NCBI GenBank assembly: GCA_964016885.1 | Contig: OZ024740.1 | Span: forward strand, 278,132,001-278,196,000 | Direction: 5' to 3' | DNA: 64,000 nt | Source: Eledone cirrhosa | Lineage: Eukaryota | In this document: positions 50,080 through 62,080 of the stretch, one piece after another | How positions within the stretch are numbered: position 1 is the stretch's first letter | Layout: each line of letters opens with the position of its first letter | The notes under the pieces: generated by a model | Told to the model about the DNA's origin: nothing | Databases searched by the model: none | The model's input: only the letters and a program-made list of their open reading frames with translations | Program-made: the position numbers and the translations under genes

Positions 50080-50822
50080 AAATACTGTATATGAGGGAAA
50101 CGTTGCCTTTGAGGCATCTCGAATCGGATACGAGAAAGTAAAGCGGGATGTGAGGAAGGGCATTGCTGTTGCACTTCCAGACGGCGAGGGTCCTCCTATG
50201 GTGCTGACATGCAGCGTCTGTGCGAGACTCTGCCTAAGCAAAGCTGGACTCGAAAGTCATCTTCGCAGTCATAAAGTAAGACCAGTGGTTGACCACCAGG
50301 CTGCTGTTGGAGATGCTACTCATCATGCTTGCCAAACATGTGGAAGAGAATGTAAATCCACAGGAGGGCTCAAGCGACATGCAAAAGTACATGAACTCCA
50401 ACCACAGCCGGCTATTCCCAGTGAATGTTTTGGTTGCCGACTCTGTGCAAGACATTTTAGATCATTGGCTGGGCTAAAAAGCGACATTCGATCGCAGCGC
50501 TGTTAGTTGCTATCGTGTGTGTGTGTGTATAGATATGTTTATGTGTGTGCGTGTGTGTGTATATATATATGTATATGTATATTATTATTGTTGTTGTTTT
50601 CGTTTATATTATTGTTGTTATTATTATTATTATTGTTATTAATGTATATGTGTGTGTATATATATATGTGTGTATATATGTTTATGCATGTGTGTGTATA
50701 TATATATATATTATTTTTTTTATTTTATTTTTATTTATTTATTAATATTTTTTATTTTTTTATTTATTTTTTTTTTCTCCTCGTGCAATGGCGATACTCG
50801 ATAACGAGGGGGCAGCCATCGT
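50080..50822 (+). mobile_element. RTE-clade LINE 3' end with three C2H2 zinc fingers
   Basis: KWRNTVYEGNVAFE...CSVCARLCLSKAGLESHLRSH, CQTCGRECKSTGGLKRHAKVH, CRLCARHFRSLAGLKSDIRSQ (third finger degenerate). 3' hairpin GGCGATACTCGATAACGAGGGGCAGCC at ~50790. Confidence 0.7.
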
Positions 50823-50850
50823 GTATATATATATATGGGTGTATGTATGC

Positions 50851-50901
<51 letters not shown>

Positions 50902-51117
50902 TAAGTTAAAGTGTACATCTACATATGTATCCGGAAGTATTAGTATGCATATAAATACACACATGTATACATATGCACATGTACTGAGTTTTTCACTGGA
51001 CACTTTACAGTGAGTGTCCAGCTAGTCTGTATGTAACCACACAGACGGACCGGGTTTTAGAGTCATACGAGTTTTCAAGGAAACACATTTCCTCTATTTT
51101 CCAGAGAGCCAGACAGG

Positions 51118-51162
51118 AATATTGGACTAGTTTCGATGTTATTACATCTCATCAGCAATATT
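51118..51162 (-). ncRNA. Type I hammerhead ribozyme (array unit 1)
   Basis: Reverse complement: AATATTG-CTGATGA-GATGT-AATA-ACATC-GAAA-CTAG-TC|CAATATT. Confidence 0.85.
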
Positions 51163-51587
51163 TACCCATCTTCCGGCTTCTCTAGAGAATTGTAAAAGCA
51201 TATATCGTTATATGCTTTTTCTATGAAAATTAGTAGTGGGTAGACTAATTTGCATAGAACGTGAGTCATTGTACGCACCGGTTCAGCGGAAACGATAAAA
51301 ACAAATAACGAAACGAAATTAAATTTCGTTTCGCTTCTAACTCACTTTTGTATGACTGACGCTTAAACAATTAAGTTAAAGTGTACATCTACATATGTAT
51401 CCGGAAGTATTAGTATGCATATAAATACACACATGTATACATATGCACATGTACTGAGTTTTTCACTGGACACTTTACAGTGAGTGTCCAGCTAGTCTGT
51501 ATGTAACCACACAGACGGACCGGGTTTTAGAGTCATACGAGTTTTCAAGGAAACACATTTCCTCTATTCTCCAGAGAGCCAGACAGG

Positions 51588-51632
51588 AATATTGGACTAG
51601 TTTCGATGTTATTACATCTCATCAGCAATATT
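51588..51632 (-). ncRNA. Type I hammerhead ribozyme (array unit 2)
   Basis: Identical to 51118-51162. Confidence 0.85.
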
Positions 51633-52141
51633 TACCCATCTTCCGGCTTCTCTAGAGAATTGTAAAAGCATATATCGTTATATGCTTTTTCTATGAAAAT
51701 TAGTAGTGGGTAGACTAATTTGCATAGAACGTGAGTCATTGTACGCACCGGTTCAGCGGAAACGATAAAAACAAATAACGAAACGAAATTAAATTTCGTT
51801 TCGCTTCTAACTCACTTTTGTATGACTGACGCTTAAACAATTAAGTTAAAGTGTACATCTACATATGTATCCGGAAGTATTAGTATGCATATAAATACAC
51901 ACATGTATACATATGCACATGTACTGAGTTTTTCACTGGACACTTTACAGTGAGTGTCCAGCTAGTCTGTATGTAACCACACAGACGGACCGGGTTTTAG
52001 AGTCATACGAGTTTTCAAGGAAACACATTTCCTCTATTCTCACGTTCTATGCAAATTAGTCTACCCACTACTAATTTTCATAGAAAAAGCATATAACGAT
52101 ATATGCTTTTACAATTCTCTAGAGAAGCCGGAAGATGGGTA

Positions 52142-52186
52142 AATATTGCTGATGAGATGTAATAACATCGAAACTAGTCCAATATT
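52142..52186 (+). ncRNA. Type I hammerhead ribozyme (inverted unit 1)
   Basis: AATATTG-CTGATGA-GATGT-AATA-ACATC-GAAA-CTAG-TC|CAATATT; predicted cleavage after C52179. Confidence 0.85.
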
Positions 52187-52611
52187 CCTGTCTGGCTCTC
52201 TGGAGAATAGAGGAAATGTGTTTCCTTGAAAACTCGTATGACTCTAAAACCCGGTCCGTCTGTGTGGTTACATACAGACTAGCTGGACACTCACAGTAAA
52301 GTGTCCAGTGAAAAACTCAGTACATGTGCATATGTATACATGTGTGTATTTATATGCATACTAATACTTCCGGATACATATGTAGATGTACACTTTAACT
52401 TAATTGTTTAAGCGTCAGTCATACAAAAGTGAGTTAGAAGCGAAACGAAATTTAATTTCGTTTCGTTATTTGTTTTTATCGTTTCCGCTGAACCGGTGCG
52501 TACAATGACTCACGTTCTATGCAAATTAGTCTACCCACTACTAATTTTCATAGAAAAAGCATATAACGATATATGCTTTTACAATTCTCTAGAGAAGCCG
52601 GAAGATGGGTA

Positions 52612-52656
52612 AATATTGCTGATGAGATGTAATAACATCGAAACTAGTCCAATATT
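52612..52656 (+). ncRNA. Type I hammerhead ribozyme (inverted unit 2)
   Basis: Identical motif 470 bp downstream. Confidence 0.85.
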
Positions 52657-52958
52657 CCTGTCTGGCTCTCTGGAGAATAGAGGAAATGTGTTTCCTTGAA
52701 AACTCGTATGACTCTAAAACCCGGTCCGTCTGTGTGGTTACATACAGACTAGCTGGACACTCACTGTAAAGTGTCCAGTGAAAAACTCAGTACATGTGCA
52801 TATGTATACATGTGTGTATTTATATGCATACTAATACTTCCGGATACATATGTAGATGTACACTTTAACTTAATTGTTTAAGCGTCAGTCATACAAAAGT
52901 GAGTTAGAAGCGAAACGAAATTTAATTTCGTTTCGTTATTTGTTTTTATATATATATG

Positions 52959-53041
<83 letters not shown>

Positions 53042-53913
53042 GTGTGTGTGTGTGTGTGTGCGTATGTGTGAGTGTGTGTGTGTATGTGTATATATATGTA
53101 CATATACATATGTCTATGTTACGTGAATGTGTATGGATGTATGTATATGATTATAATGTTTATATCCGTGCGTGTGTAAGACAAGATACATCCTTTAAAG
53201 TACGACGTTAGATACATATTTTAGTATATTGGAGGGTTTTTTTTTATAGATGTGTATGTACGTGTGTGTATGTACGTTTATATGTGGGTGTGTACAGATG
53301 TGTATATATATATGTATATATATATGTGTGTGTGTGTGTGTGTATATATATGTCTGTGTATGTGTGTATGTGTGTGTGTGTGTATATGTGTATATATGTA
53401 TATGTATATGTGTATATATATGTGTGTGTATATATATATATACATTTATTTTTTTTTCTATTTACTTATTTATTTATTTATATGTGTGTATGCATGCATG
53501 CATGCATGTATATGTATGGATGTATGTATATGGTTACATGGTTTATATTTGTGCATGTATAACAGGATTCATCCTTCCATGGATGACCGTGTATGACATT
53601 GTGTGCAGATTTATATGACTGAGTATATCACATTGGGGTACGAACAGAGATATATACATGTGTGCTTGTGTCTATCTTTGTGGGTGTACGTGGACACGGA
53701 GGTAATTGGGTGCGTATTTGTTGGAATGTATATGAGCCAGTGCGTGCGCGCGCGCGCGTGTGTGTGTGTGTGTGTGCGTGTGTGAGCGTGTGTGTGTGTG
53801 CGTGTGTGGGTGCGCGCATGTGTGGGGGTGGGGTGGGGGGTATGTGTATGTGTGTATATGTGCACCTACATAGGATAGGGATTGTTTGTGAGTATGTTTA
53901 TGTACGTTTACAT

Positions 53914-53945
<32 letters not shown>

Positions 53946-53948
53946 AAT

Positions 53949-54130
53949 GTTTTAATATAGATGAGATTCTACAGGACTAGAACTGTTTCATTCTTTAGAA
54001 ATCATGATGATTTCTAAAGAATGAAACAGTTCTAGTCCTGTAGAATCTCATCTATATTAAAACTTTTATACTCTGCTATGTATTGAGTACCTTACTTACT
54101 GTGGCTACCTCCGATTCAACCCGGAATAAC
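53949..54130 (+). repeat. 57-bp-arm palindrome plus PLE-like tail
   Basis: 53949-54005 pairs with 54007-54063. The fold-back point is at a truncated hammerhead core (TGATGA-TTTCTAAAGAAT-GAAA). The tail is homologous to the reverse complement of ~25905-25965. Confidence 0.75.
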
Positions 54131-54594
54131 GTATATATATATAATGTATATCTGTGTATGTGTGTATGTGTCTTAGGGAGCGTGTCTGTCTTTGTGCCTC
54201 TCTATAAGGATAGGCGTGTATATGTGCGTGTGTGTGTCTATGTATATATCTGTACGTGTTTATGTATATGAGCAAATGTACGCGTACGCAGTTATGTGTC
54301 CTTGTATGCGTGTACGTGTGTGTGTGTGTGTGTGTGCGTGTGCGTGCGTGTGAGAGAGGAGGTAAGAGGGCATATAGGCAGGCGCCTGTGGACGTGTATG
54401 TTGGTATGTATATGGTCGTGGGAGTGTGCGGGGGTGGTGAGAGAGAGAGTGTGTGTGTATATGTATATGGTGAGTATATGTGCATATGTGTGTGTACATA
54501 TGTGTATGTGTATATATGTATGTGTGCGCGTGTGTGTGTATGTGTATGTGTATATATGTGTGTGTGTATGTGTGGGTATATATGTGTGTATGAG

Positions 54595-54920
54595 AGGATT
54601 TCTGAAATACCAAACCCAGCATGAGTCCATTGAAGTGTGTCGGATGGAGAGTAGCTGATGGCCAGTATGGCAGCAAATATTGACCAGAATTTATGATGAC
54701 GTAGAAAAACAACAGCCAATAGCAAGACAAGAGAGGAAGATGTTTTTTGAAGCTAAGACCCCAGTAAGAAAATTTGTTCAGAAAGTATTGCATGTGTCCG
54801 AGGAACCTGCAGATCTAGAATCAGACAGATCCATACAATGATCGTGTCTCGAGCTATCTGCCGGCGAAACAATTGTAACACAAGAAACTGAGTCCAGATG
54901 CATCACTGATTTTTCGTTTT
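54595..54920 (+). repeat. Dispersed repeat, inverted copy of 49690-50010
   Basis: Direct homology. Confidence 0.7.
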
Positions 54921-54959
54921 ATATTATATCACACTCTGCTCTGTGGAAGCATTATAGCT

Positions 54960-56015
54960 ACCATTAAACACACACCCCTGGAGGGAAATTAGCTAACCAG
55001 TGTAGAAAGGCCCTGAGAAAGACCCACTTAAAAATAAAGGTGGTAGAAAAGCCAGGAACCACCATAAAATCCCTGATCAGCAAAACCTACCCTTTTAAGA
55101 AAACCCACTGTACCAATAGGAAATGTATCATATGTAAGGTGAACCCCCGGATAAACTGTAAAACTAGAAACGTAGTCTATAGCATAAGATGTACAGAGGG
55201 TACTTGTAGAAACACGACAACAACATACATAGGTGAGACAGCTCGTAGCATAGGTGAAAGGATAGACCAACACTGGGGGGAACTAAAAGGACGAAAAAAC
55301 GGGTCAGTACTATACGAACATGCTAGACAACATCATGACGGTAACATAGACAACATAGAAATTAGAATAATATCTAAACATAGGAATGACCCAGCAGATA
55401 GGCAAATCAGAGAGGCCAGTGAAATAGAAATTAGAAGACCAAAGCTAAACAGAAAGAATGAGTGGAACAACAACAACACCCAAACAAACAACACTGACCT
55501 AAGAGAAGTATAAATAAATAAGTAAATTAAATTAAATAAAATAAGATAAATAAATACATACACAAGCACATAAACACACACTAGTCACCCAGCAGACACA
55601 ACACTATACACACTAGTCACACATCACACACGCAAACGCATGCGCAAAGAAGACAAAATAAAATAAGATAAACAAACAAGCAAACAAATAAATAAATATA
55701 TAGACGGACTGAACAAAAAAAAATGGCGTAGACATACAACACAACAGGAGGGACAATGAATATAACACCACTGACGATGTTGCAGATGTGCAACGAAAGA
55801 TTTATGTAAACTATATATATATGTGTTTGTCTATATTGTATCTGTATTATTTTATTTTTGACCGCCGGTCAGTCAATGGCAACATTGAGGACCGAGTAAG
55901 TTAGATCGCAGATATATATATATAAAAGACAGCGAGAAGCGAAAACCAACCAAACAGTGAGTGTGTTCTGTTATTAATTCTGGCAATATTACGCAAATAT
56001 GACCCTCCCCAAATA
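54960..56015 (+). mobile_element. PLE 3' fragment (GIY-YIG plus pLTR with hammerhead core)
   Basis: HTPGGKLA...KVVEKPG...CKTRNVVYSIRC...YIGETARSIGERIDQH...RQIREASEI...LNRKNEW; CTGACGA-TGTTGCAGATGTGCAAC-GAAA at 55771-55798. Confidence 0.88.
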
Positions 56016-56084
<69 letters not shown>

Positions 56085-56127
56085 CTGCTTTCCCCCTTAA
56101 CTGTTATTTAATATATACATATATATA

Positions 56128-56200
<73 letters not shown>

Positions 56201-56368
56201 TAACAGTTAAGGGTGAAAGCAGCTATTCTTTGCTTAAACTTTAATCTGTTATTTAATAAATATTTGCTCTAGGGTTCTTATATATTTGATATATATTTAT
56301 CCTTATCGAGCCCTCTTTGGATTTTAGTCTTCAAATTTATTATTATTACTATATATATATATATACAT

Positions 56369-56545
<177 letters not shown>

Positions 56546-56900
56546 ACAATAGATTAAAAGTGGAATGACATATATATAACATAAATACATCAAATAATTA
56601 CAGGAGATAATTTGTAAAGAGTGTAAACGCACATAGTTACGCAGGTAACATATTAAAAATTAACAAGAATATTGAATATAGATACCTTGCAATAATGATT
56701 AATCTCCTTTGTATATATATAATCCATTGAAGAAATATATTTCACCATTAATCGGTGAATCATAGTGGTCAAATCTTTGATCATCGGCAAAGAAGAAAAT
56801 TTAACTATCATAACTATAATAAAGAAAGTAATGCGGGACTGCGTTCAGAATATAATTTTTTATCCCATTAGTAAAATAAGTTGGATTACTTTGAATAAAT

Positions 56901-57080
56901 AATTGTTTCTACTTTTGGCACAAGGCCAGCAATTAACCAGTACATTACTGGTACTTTATTTTATCGACCCCCGTATGGATGAAAGGCAAAGTTAACCTCG
57001 GCGGGATTTGAACTCAGATCATAAAGGAACGTAACTATGCTGGAAAGCATGTCCGACCCTCTACCGATACTGCCAATTCA
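56901..57080 (-). mobile_element. SINE (family 1) with TSD
   Basis: Full reverse-complement SINE; TGAATAAATAAT at 56892-56903 and 57081-57092. Confidence 0.85.
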
Positions 57081-57359
57081 TGAATAAATAATGAATGATA
57101 TTACATAATTTATCTACTAAATTTCGAAGCTCTTGATTAAATATATTTTATTGCTTATTTAAAGATTCACTTCTTTAAAATTTTCAAATGTCAACACTTC
57201 CGGTTAGCGATCGTTTAAATAAACATTCATATTCATATTCCGTCACCAATTTTCTCCTAATGCAGTTTATATATAATATCGTATATTTTAATGTACCATG
57301 GATTACTTTACTGATTATATAAAAGTGTGTAACGCAGTCTTCGTTCAATTTCCGTGGAT

Positions 57360-57880
57360 ATTGTCAATTACAATTTTATTTGATTTATCATATCTACATG
57401 CACATATACTTGCGTATAATATCAATATGCACACTACACACGCTAGCAGAAAAACACCCTTGGTTGGTTTTCTGCTAGTCTATGATAAATCAGGGAATAA
57501 CGACGAAAAAACACATGTGATTTAAAAAAACACATCGTCCCGCCGACAAACCAGTTGAATAGGGTTATTACACGCTTTTAGCGTGTAATCACAGATAGTT
57601 AAATCTTCTCCTCTAAAAGCATGTAATAACCCTATTCTTACCACTGGTTTGACGTTTATTATTTCTGCATGAAGCAAACTTTTGTTATCCAATTGTAGAG
57701 ATTGTTGAAAATGTTTGAAATTGAAAGTATCTTAAAAACTAGGGAGTCTGTATTATTGGGACTAGCAGAAAAACCGCACACAGGCGGTTTTCTGCTAGCA
57801 TATGTAGTGTGCATATTGATATTATACGCAAATATATATATGCATATAGATATATGTAAATTAAAAAGTAAATTGACATT
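57360..57880. mobile_element. Fold-back/MITE-like element with nested inverted repeats
   Basis: GCGTATAATATCAATATGCACACTACA..GCTAGCAGAAAA (~57412-57452) pairs with TTTTCTGCTAGC..TGTAGTGTGCATATTGATATTATACGC (~57788-57829). Inner inverted repeat at 57548-57650. Confidence 0.65.
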
Positions 57881-57881
57881 A

Positions 57882-58545
57882 TCTTCTTCTTCGCCCACTT
57901 ATTTCTGAGAGGGTCGTGGGGGCAGAGTCCTTCTCAAACACTCCTTCCAGCGAGTCTGTCAGAAGCAAACATCTCTAACTGATCCAGCTGGATCCCAAGC
58001 TCATGGATGTTATCCACCTATCTTGTTTAGGGCCTACCTCTGGGTCTCTTGCCGGTTGGTTTTGCCTGTAAAATGTGTCCAGCGATTCTTTACTGAGACA
58101 TTCTAGCCACATGCTCATAATATCGGAGTTGTGATCTCTCAATTCGGTGAAGTAGCAGCTCTACCAGGAGTGACTCTCTGGTCTCTAAGTTATGCACTTT
58201 ATCGAGTAACGTTACTCCAAAGACCCTTCGGAGGAATCCCATTTCTGCCACTTTTATTTGCAATTGTATTCTTTTGGTCATTACTCAAGATTCATGATCC
58301 TCGGTAAGAGTTGGCAGGAATACCAGGAAGACAGCGAGTTTGGCTTTTACACCTACCCCCTTCATCTGATTGCTGAGGCTGGCGCATTACTGCATCAGCT
58401 TTTGCAATTCTTGCACTTAATTCAGCCTCCTGCATTCCATCACTCATGAACACGGTCCCAAGATACTTGAACTTCTCTAACTGCTTCAGTAGAACTCCAT
58501 TCACATGTATATAAATTTGAGGGACATCTGTCCACCCGTCCATCA
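57882..58545 (-). pseudogene. RTE (Expander-like) LINE 3' fragment
   Basis: LEKFKYLG; MTKRIQLQIKVAEMGFLRRVFGVTLLDKV...IERSQLRYYEHVARM; same family as 26950-27600; (GAA)n-like tail. Confidence 0.8.
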
Positions 58546-58689
58546 CGCAATGTGTATGCGTGTTTGTGTGAATGTATGTGTGTGTAAAAGGAAGTGACAC
58601 ACACACGTGTCTCTAATTTAAGAACGCCGACAAACTCACGCACGCGCACATACACACACTGTCCTATTACCACGTAAGAGCTTTGGTCC

Positions 58690-59316
58690 GGGCAAACATC
58701 CCCTCAAATTTGGTCCTGAATTGATGAGGAACTTGACGGTCTTACTCTGTGCTCCTGGTCAAGAGACAGGTGCCATACCTGGGTCGTCACAGTTAGTGAC
58801 TCTTTTGCTTTTTCCCACATTCTGGATGCAGAAGTAAGGGCGAGAGCTACAGTATCCGCAGTTGAACGGAACAAAATCCTAAAATAGCGTGTTCCGTCGG
58901 CTAACTACATTATCCAGCCTGTAGCGTTCGAGACGTTTGGGGGAGTCGGGCTACTGACGGCTCGCCAAATAGAGGTAACTGGTGATGCTCGTGAGGGCAC
59001 TTGGTTGTTCCAACACCTCAGCCTCGCCATCACCCCACTGCGAGCGTGTTGGCCTGCCTCAAAAATTATTAGAGAGGTTTCCCAGTGCTCCTCGCTATAT
59101 TGCTGTCTTCTGCTCTGGCAGCGGCTCGTTTTTCCTCCCCTTTCGTCTGCATTTTGTTCTATGGGTCTAAGATGTGTGTATTACCTGCTTGTGTATTTTT
59201 TCTCTTTCTTTTTTTGCTTTTCCTTTCCTTTGTATATATATTATTTTTGTTAGTGTTTTCGTTCTGTAACCATTATATTAAATGAGTTTAAAAAAAAGAG
59301 TTAATAAATAAATAAA
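58690..59316 (+). pseudogene. CRE-like retrotransposon 3' remnant
   Basis: LDGLTLCSWSRDRCHTWVVTVSDSFA...IQPVAFETFGGVG...WLFQHLSLAI; A-rich tail at ~59290-59316. Confidence 0.65.
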
Positions 59317-59438
59317 ACGTTATACTTGTTTTACCCTCCCATCTCCAATTCACCGAACGCTATCATTACTGTATGTGTGTGTTTGTGTAAATGATTATAT
59401 GTGAATGTATGCATGCTTGTGTAAATGTATATGTGTGA

Positions 59439-61781
59439 CAGTGCTGCCGATGACTGTACATTCGTACAAAACTGTACGTTTTGCTCAAAATTTTGCGGGC
59501 GAATTTGCTGTACGTTTTAGAGATCTTGCCATCGGTTTATAAAATTCATGTTTTGACGCATTGATTGAGTGCATTTTCACATACGCGCGTTTCGGAGCTT
59601 CACAAAAATTAAAGCACGTGAGAATGCAGACGAGACTTGTGCATGCAAACGCGCGTTGACTTATGAGGTCAAGGGCGTCTGTAAATTTGGGGGAAGTATA
59701 TGTCCAGTTTACCACGCCATATCTGTCATAACTCAGGAATTTTTTTCACAAACTGGTGTAAAAGGTGTGTGAATTTCTTTTCAAAAGTTTGATAGATTAG
59801 ATTTAATTTTACAGAGCTAATTTAGACAACCACACCGTATCAGTCTGAACACAAAATCAGAATTCTTATAACCTACTGTGTAAACGGTATGTGATGTTTT
59901 TAATAGTTTAATTAATTCAAATAAATCTTATAGAACTAACTTGAACCAGATATGAGTGATAGAACTGTGAAACGAGAACATTCTTCAGATAACGAACGTA
60001 AAGCAGCAGATAAGAAGAAGGCTAGATGGGCATCGTATGAAAGGAAGCTTCCGTCCAAATTGTACGATGAACAATTTTATTCTTAGTTGGAAGTGGGCAA
60101 GAAAGATACAACTAAAAGCAAATGCATATTTTCCAAATGTGAAATTGCCGGCAGTTTGAGTCAAATTTTACGACATGAGCAGACAGAAAAGCACCGCAAG
60201 CATGCAAAAGAAGCGAACAAAGCAACGTAATTGACAAATTTTATCCAAGCCTCTTCGTTTTCTTCACACTCCAGGAAAGTAGTATCTGCTGAATTAAAGT
60301 ACTCTGCATTTGTTGCTGAGCATAATCTACCCATCTCTATTTTGGGCCAATTGCCTGGCCTTGTTGTAAACGCCTGTCCTGATTCTAAAATCTCCCAGGA
60401 TGTGAAGTGTGCCAGAACAAAAGGCACATCCATCTTTTCAAACGTCATCGGCCCCTATTGCTTCAACACTTTATTAAAGAAGCTTTATTCAACAAAATTC
60501 TCCCTCATCATCGATGAAACAACTGATGTTTCAACACTTAAACAACTCGTCCTTGTATCCAGATATTACGACGTTGAAATTCAAAAGACTGTCGACGATT
60601 TTCTAACGCTTATAAAAATAAATGATTGCAGTGCTGTGGGTATTTACAACTGTTTTCTATCGTTTGCCAGGATTGCTGGCATATTTCACCCAAGCAAACA
60701 TTAAAGGATGGGTGTCCGTCTACCGCTCGAAGAATTCTCACTGAAATGAAGAATCCTCTTACAAAGATGTATTTTACATTTCTATCTTTTATTTTAAACG
60801 ACGTCAACAAACTTAATCTGGAATTCCAGGCCGAAAGCTATCGGATGCATAAACTCAAAAGAGCAATCGACGCTGGAATGAAGGGAATTTTGAGCAATTT
60901 CATTAAACCTGATTTACTTCTGTCATCAATGTGTGTGAGATTAATGTCAACGATTCAATGACACACCAACCATTAGATCGTATCTACTTTGGTAGTGTAG
61001 CTGAGAGCATTTTACACGACAATTCTACGACCATTGCCCTTGATGAATTGCTGACCTTCCGACAGAATATACTACGATTCTTTGTTTGTCTTTCAAACCA
61101 AATGCTAATGCGGTTTTTGTCTTGCAATATGCAGAACAATTGGAACTAATTGAGGCGTTAGACCCAACCAATGTGATGGAGGGAAGGCCGAAGTCAATAA
61201 TTCCACTTGTTATGCGATTTCCAAGTCTTTGTGACGAGAAAGATTATGAAGAGATAAATCAGGAATGGCGATTCAAGGTTCTTCCTTCATCCCGCACAAC
61301 GATCCAGAAAAAATGTTGGTTTGCTGTCTCACAAGAGAAGTGTGGCGATGTGAACCGTTACCCTCTGTTGTCATCTATTATGCTTAGTCTTCTTTCTTTA
61401 CCCCACTCCTCCGCAGTGGCGGAAAGAATTTTCTTTGTTCTCCACTCTATTAAAACAAAGAATCGAAATTGTTTGAAAACTTCCACTCTTAACGCTCTTG
61501 TTAGGTCGAAATATTTGTTACGACATGCCGGCTGCATAACGTGGGAGCCCGATGAACATCTTTGCAAAGCATTATTTGAAAAAAAATTGGTACAACAGAG
61601 AGTCTGCTCAAAAAGATGACGTTTCTTTTTGATGCCCTTATGTTTAAATTGTCAATAAATGTTGTTAACTACAAAAATATGTATAAAAAGAGTGCTTTTG
61701 ATTGTAATTGGGGGATTTAGTAAAATTCTGTACGTTTTGGTCAGATTCTGTACGTTTTGAAAAAAACTTTCGACGGCGTTG
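59439..61781 (+). mobile_element. hAT DNA transposon, internally deleted
   Basis: 8-bp TSD ATGTGTGA (59431-59438 and 61782-61789); degenerate TIRs CAGTGCTGCC / reverse complement CAACGCCGTC; subterminal CTGTACGTTTTG repeats. Transposase motifs AEHNLP, CARTK, FSLIIDETTDVS, LSLPHSSAVAERIF...KTKNRN. Confidence 0.88.
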
Positions 61782-62080
61782 ATGTGTGAATGTATGTATA
61801 TTAGTGTGAAAGTATGTGTGAATGTATGTATATTTGTGTGAATGTATGTATGTTTGTGTGAAAGTATGTGTAAATGTATCATACATTCACACATACTTTC
61901 ATTATGTATGAATGTTTGTGTAAATGTATATGTGTGAATGTATGTGTATTTGTGTGAAAGTGTGTGTGAATGTATGTGTATTTGTGTGAAAGTATGTGTG
62001 AATGTATGTATATTTGTGTAAATGTATATGTGAATGTATATGTTTGTGTGAAAGTATGTGTATTTGTGTGAATTATGTCC
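61782..62080. repeat. ~20-bp minisatellite (TGTGTGAATGTATGTATATT-like)
   Basis: Read directly; the same motif lies left of the hAT (59370-59438). Confidence 0.8.

Larger units (their letters stand above)
50901..52948. repeat. 470-bp tandem array with central inversion (retrozyme/PLE-like)
   Basis: TTAAGTTAAAGTGTAC recurs at 50901, 51371 and 51841. From ~52040 the same unit runs in reverse complement (period 470: 52041, 52511). (TA)n on both sides. Confidence 0.95.
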
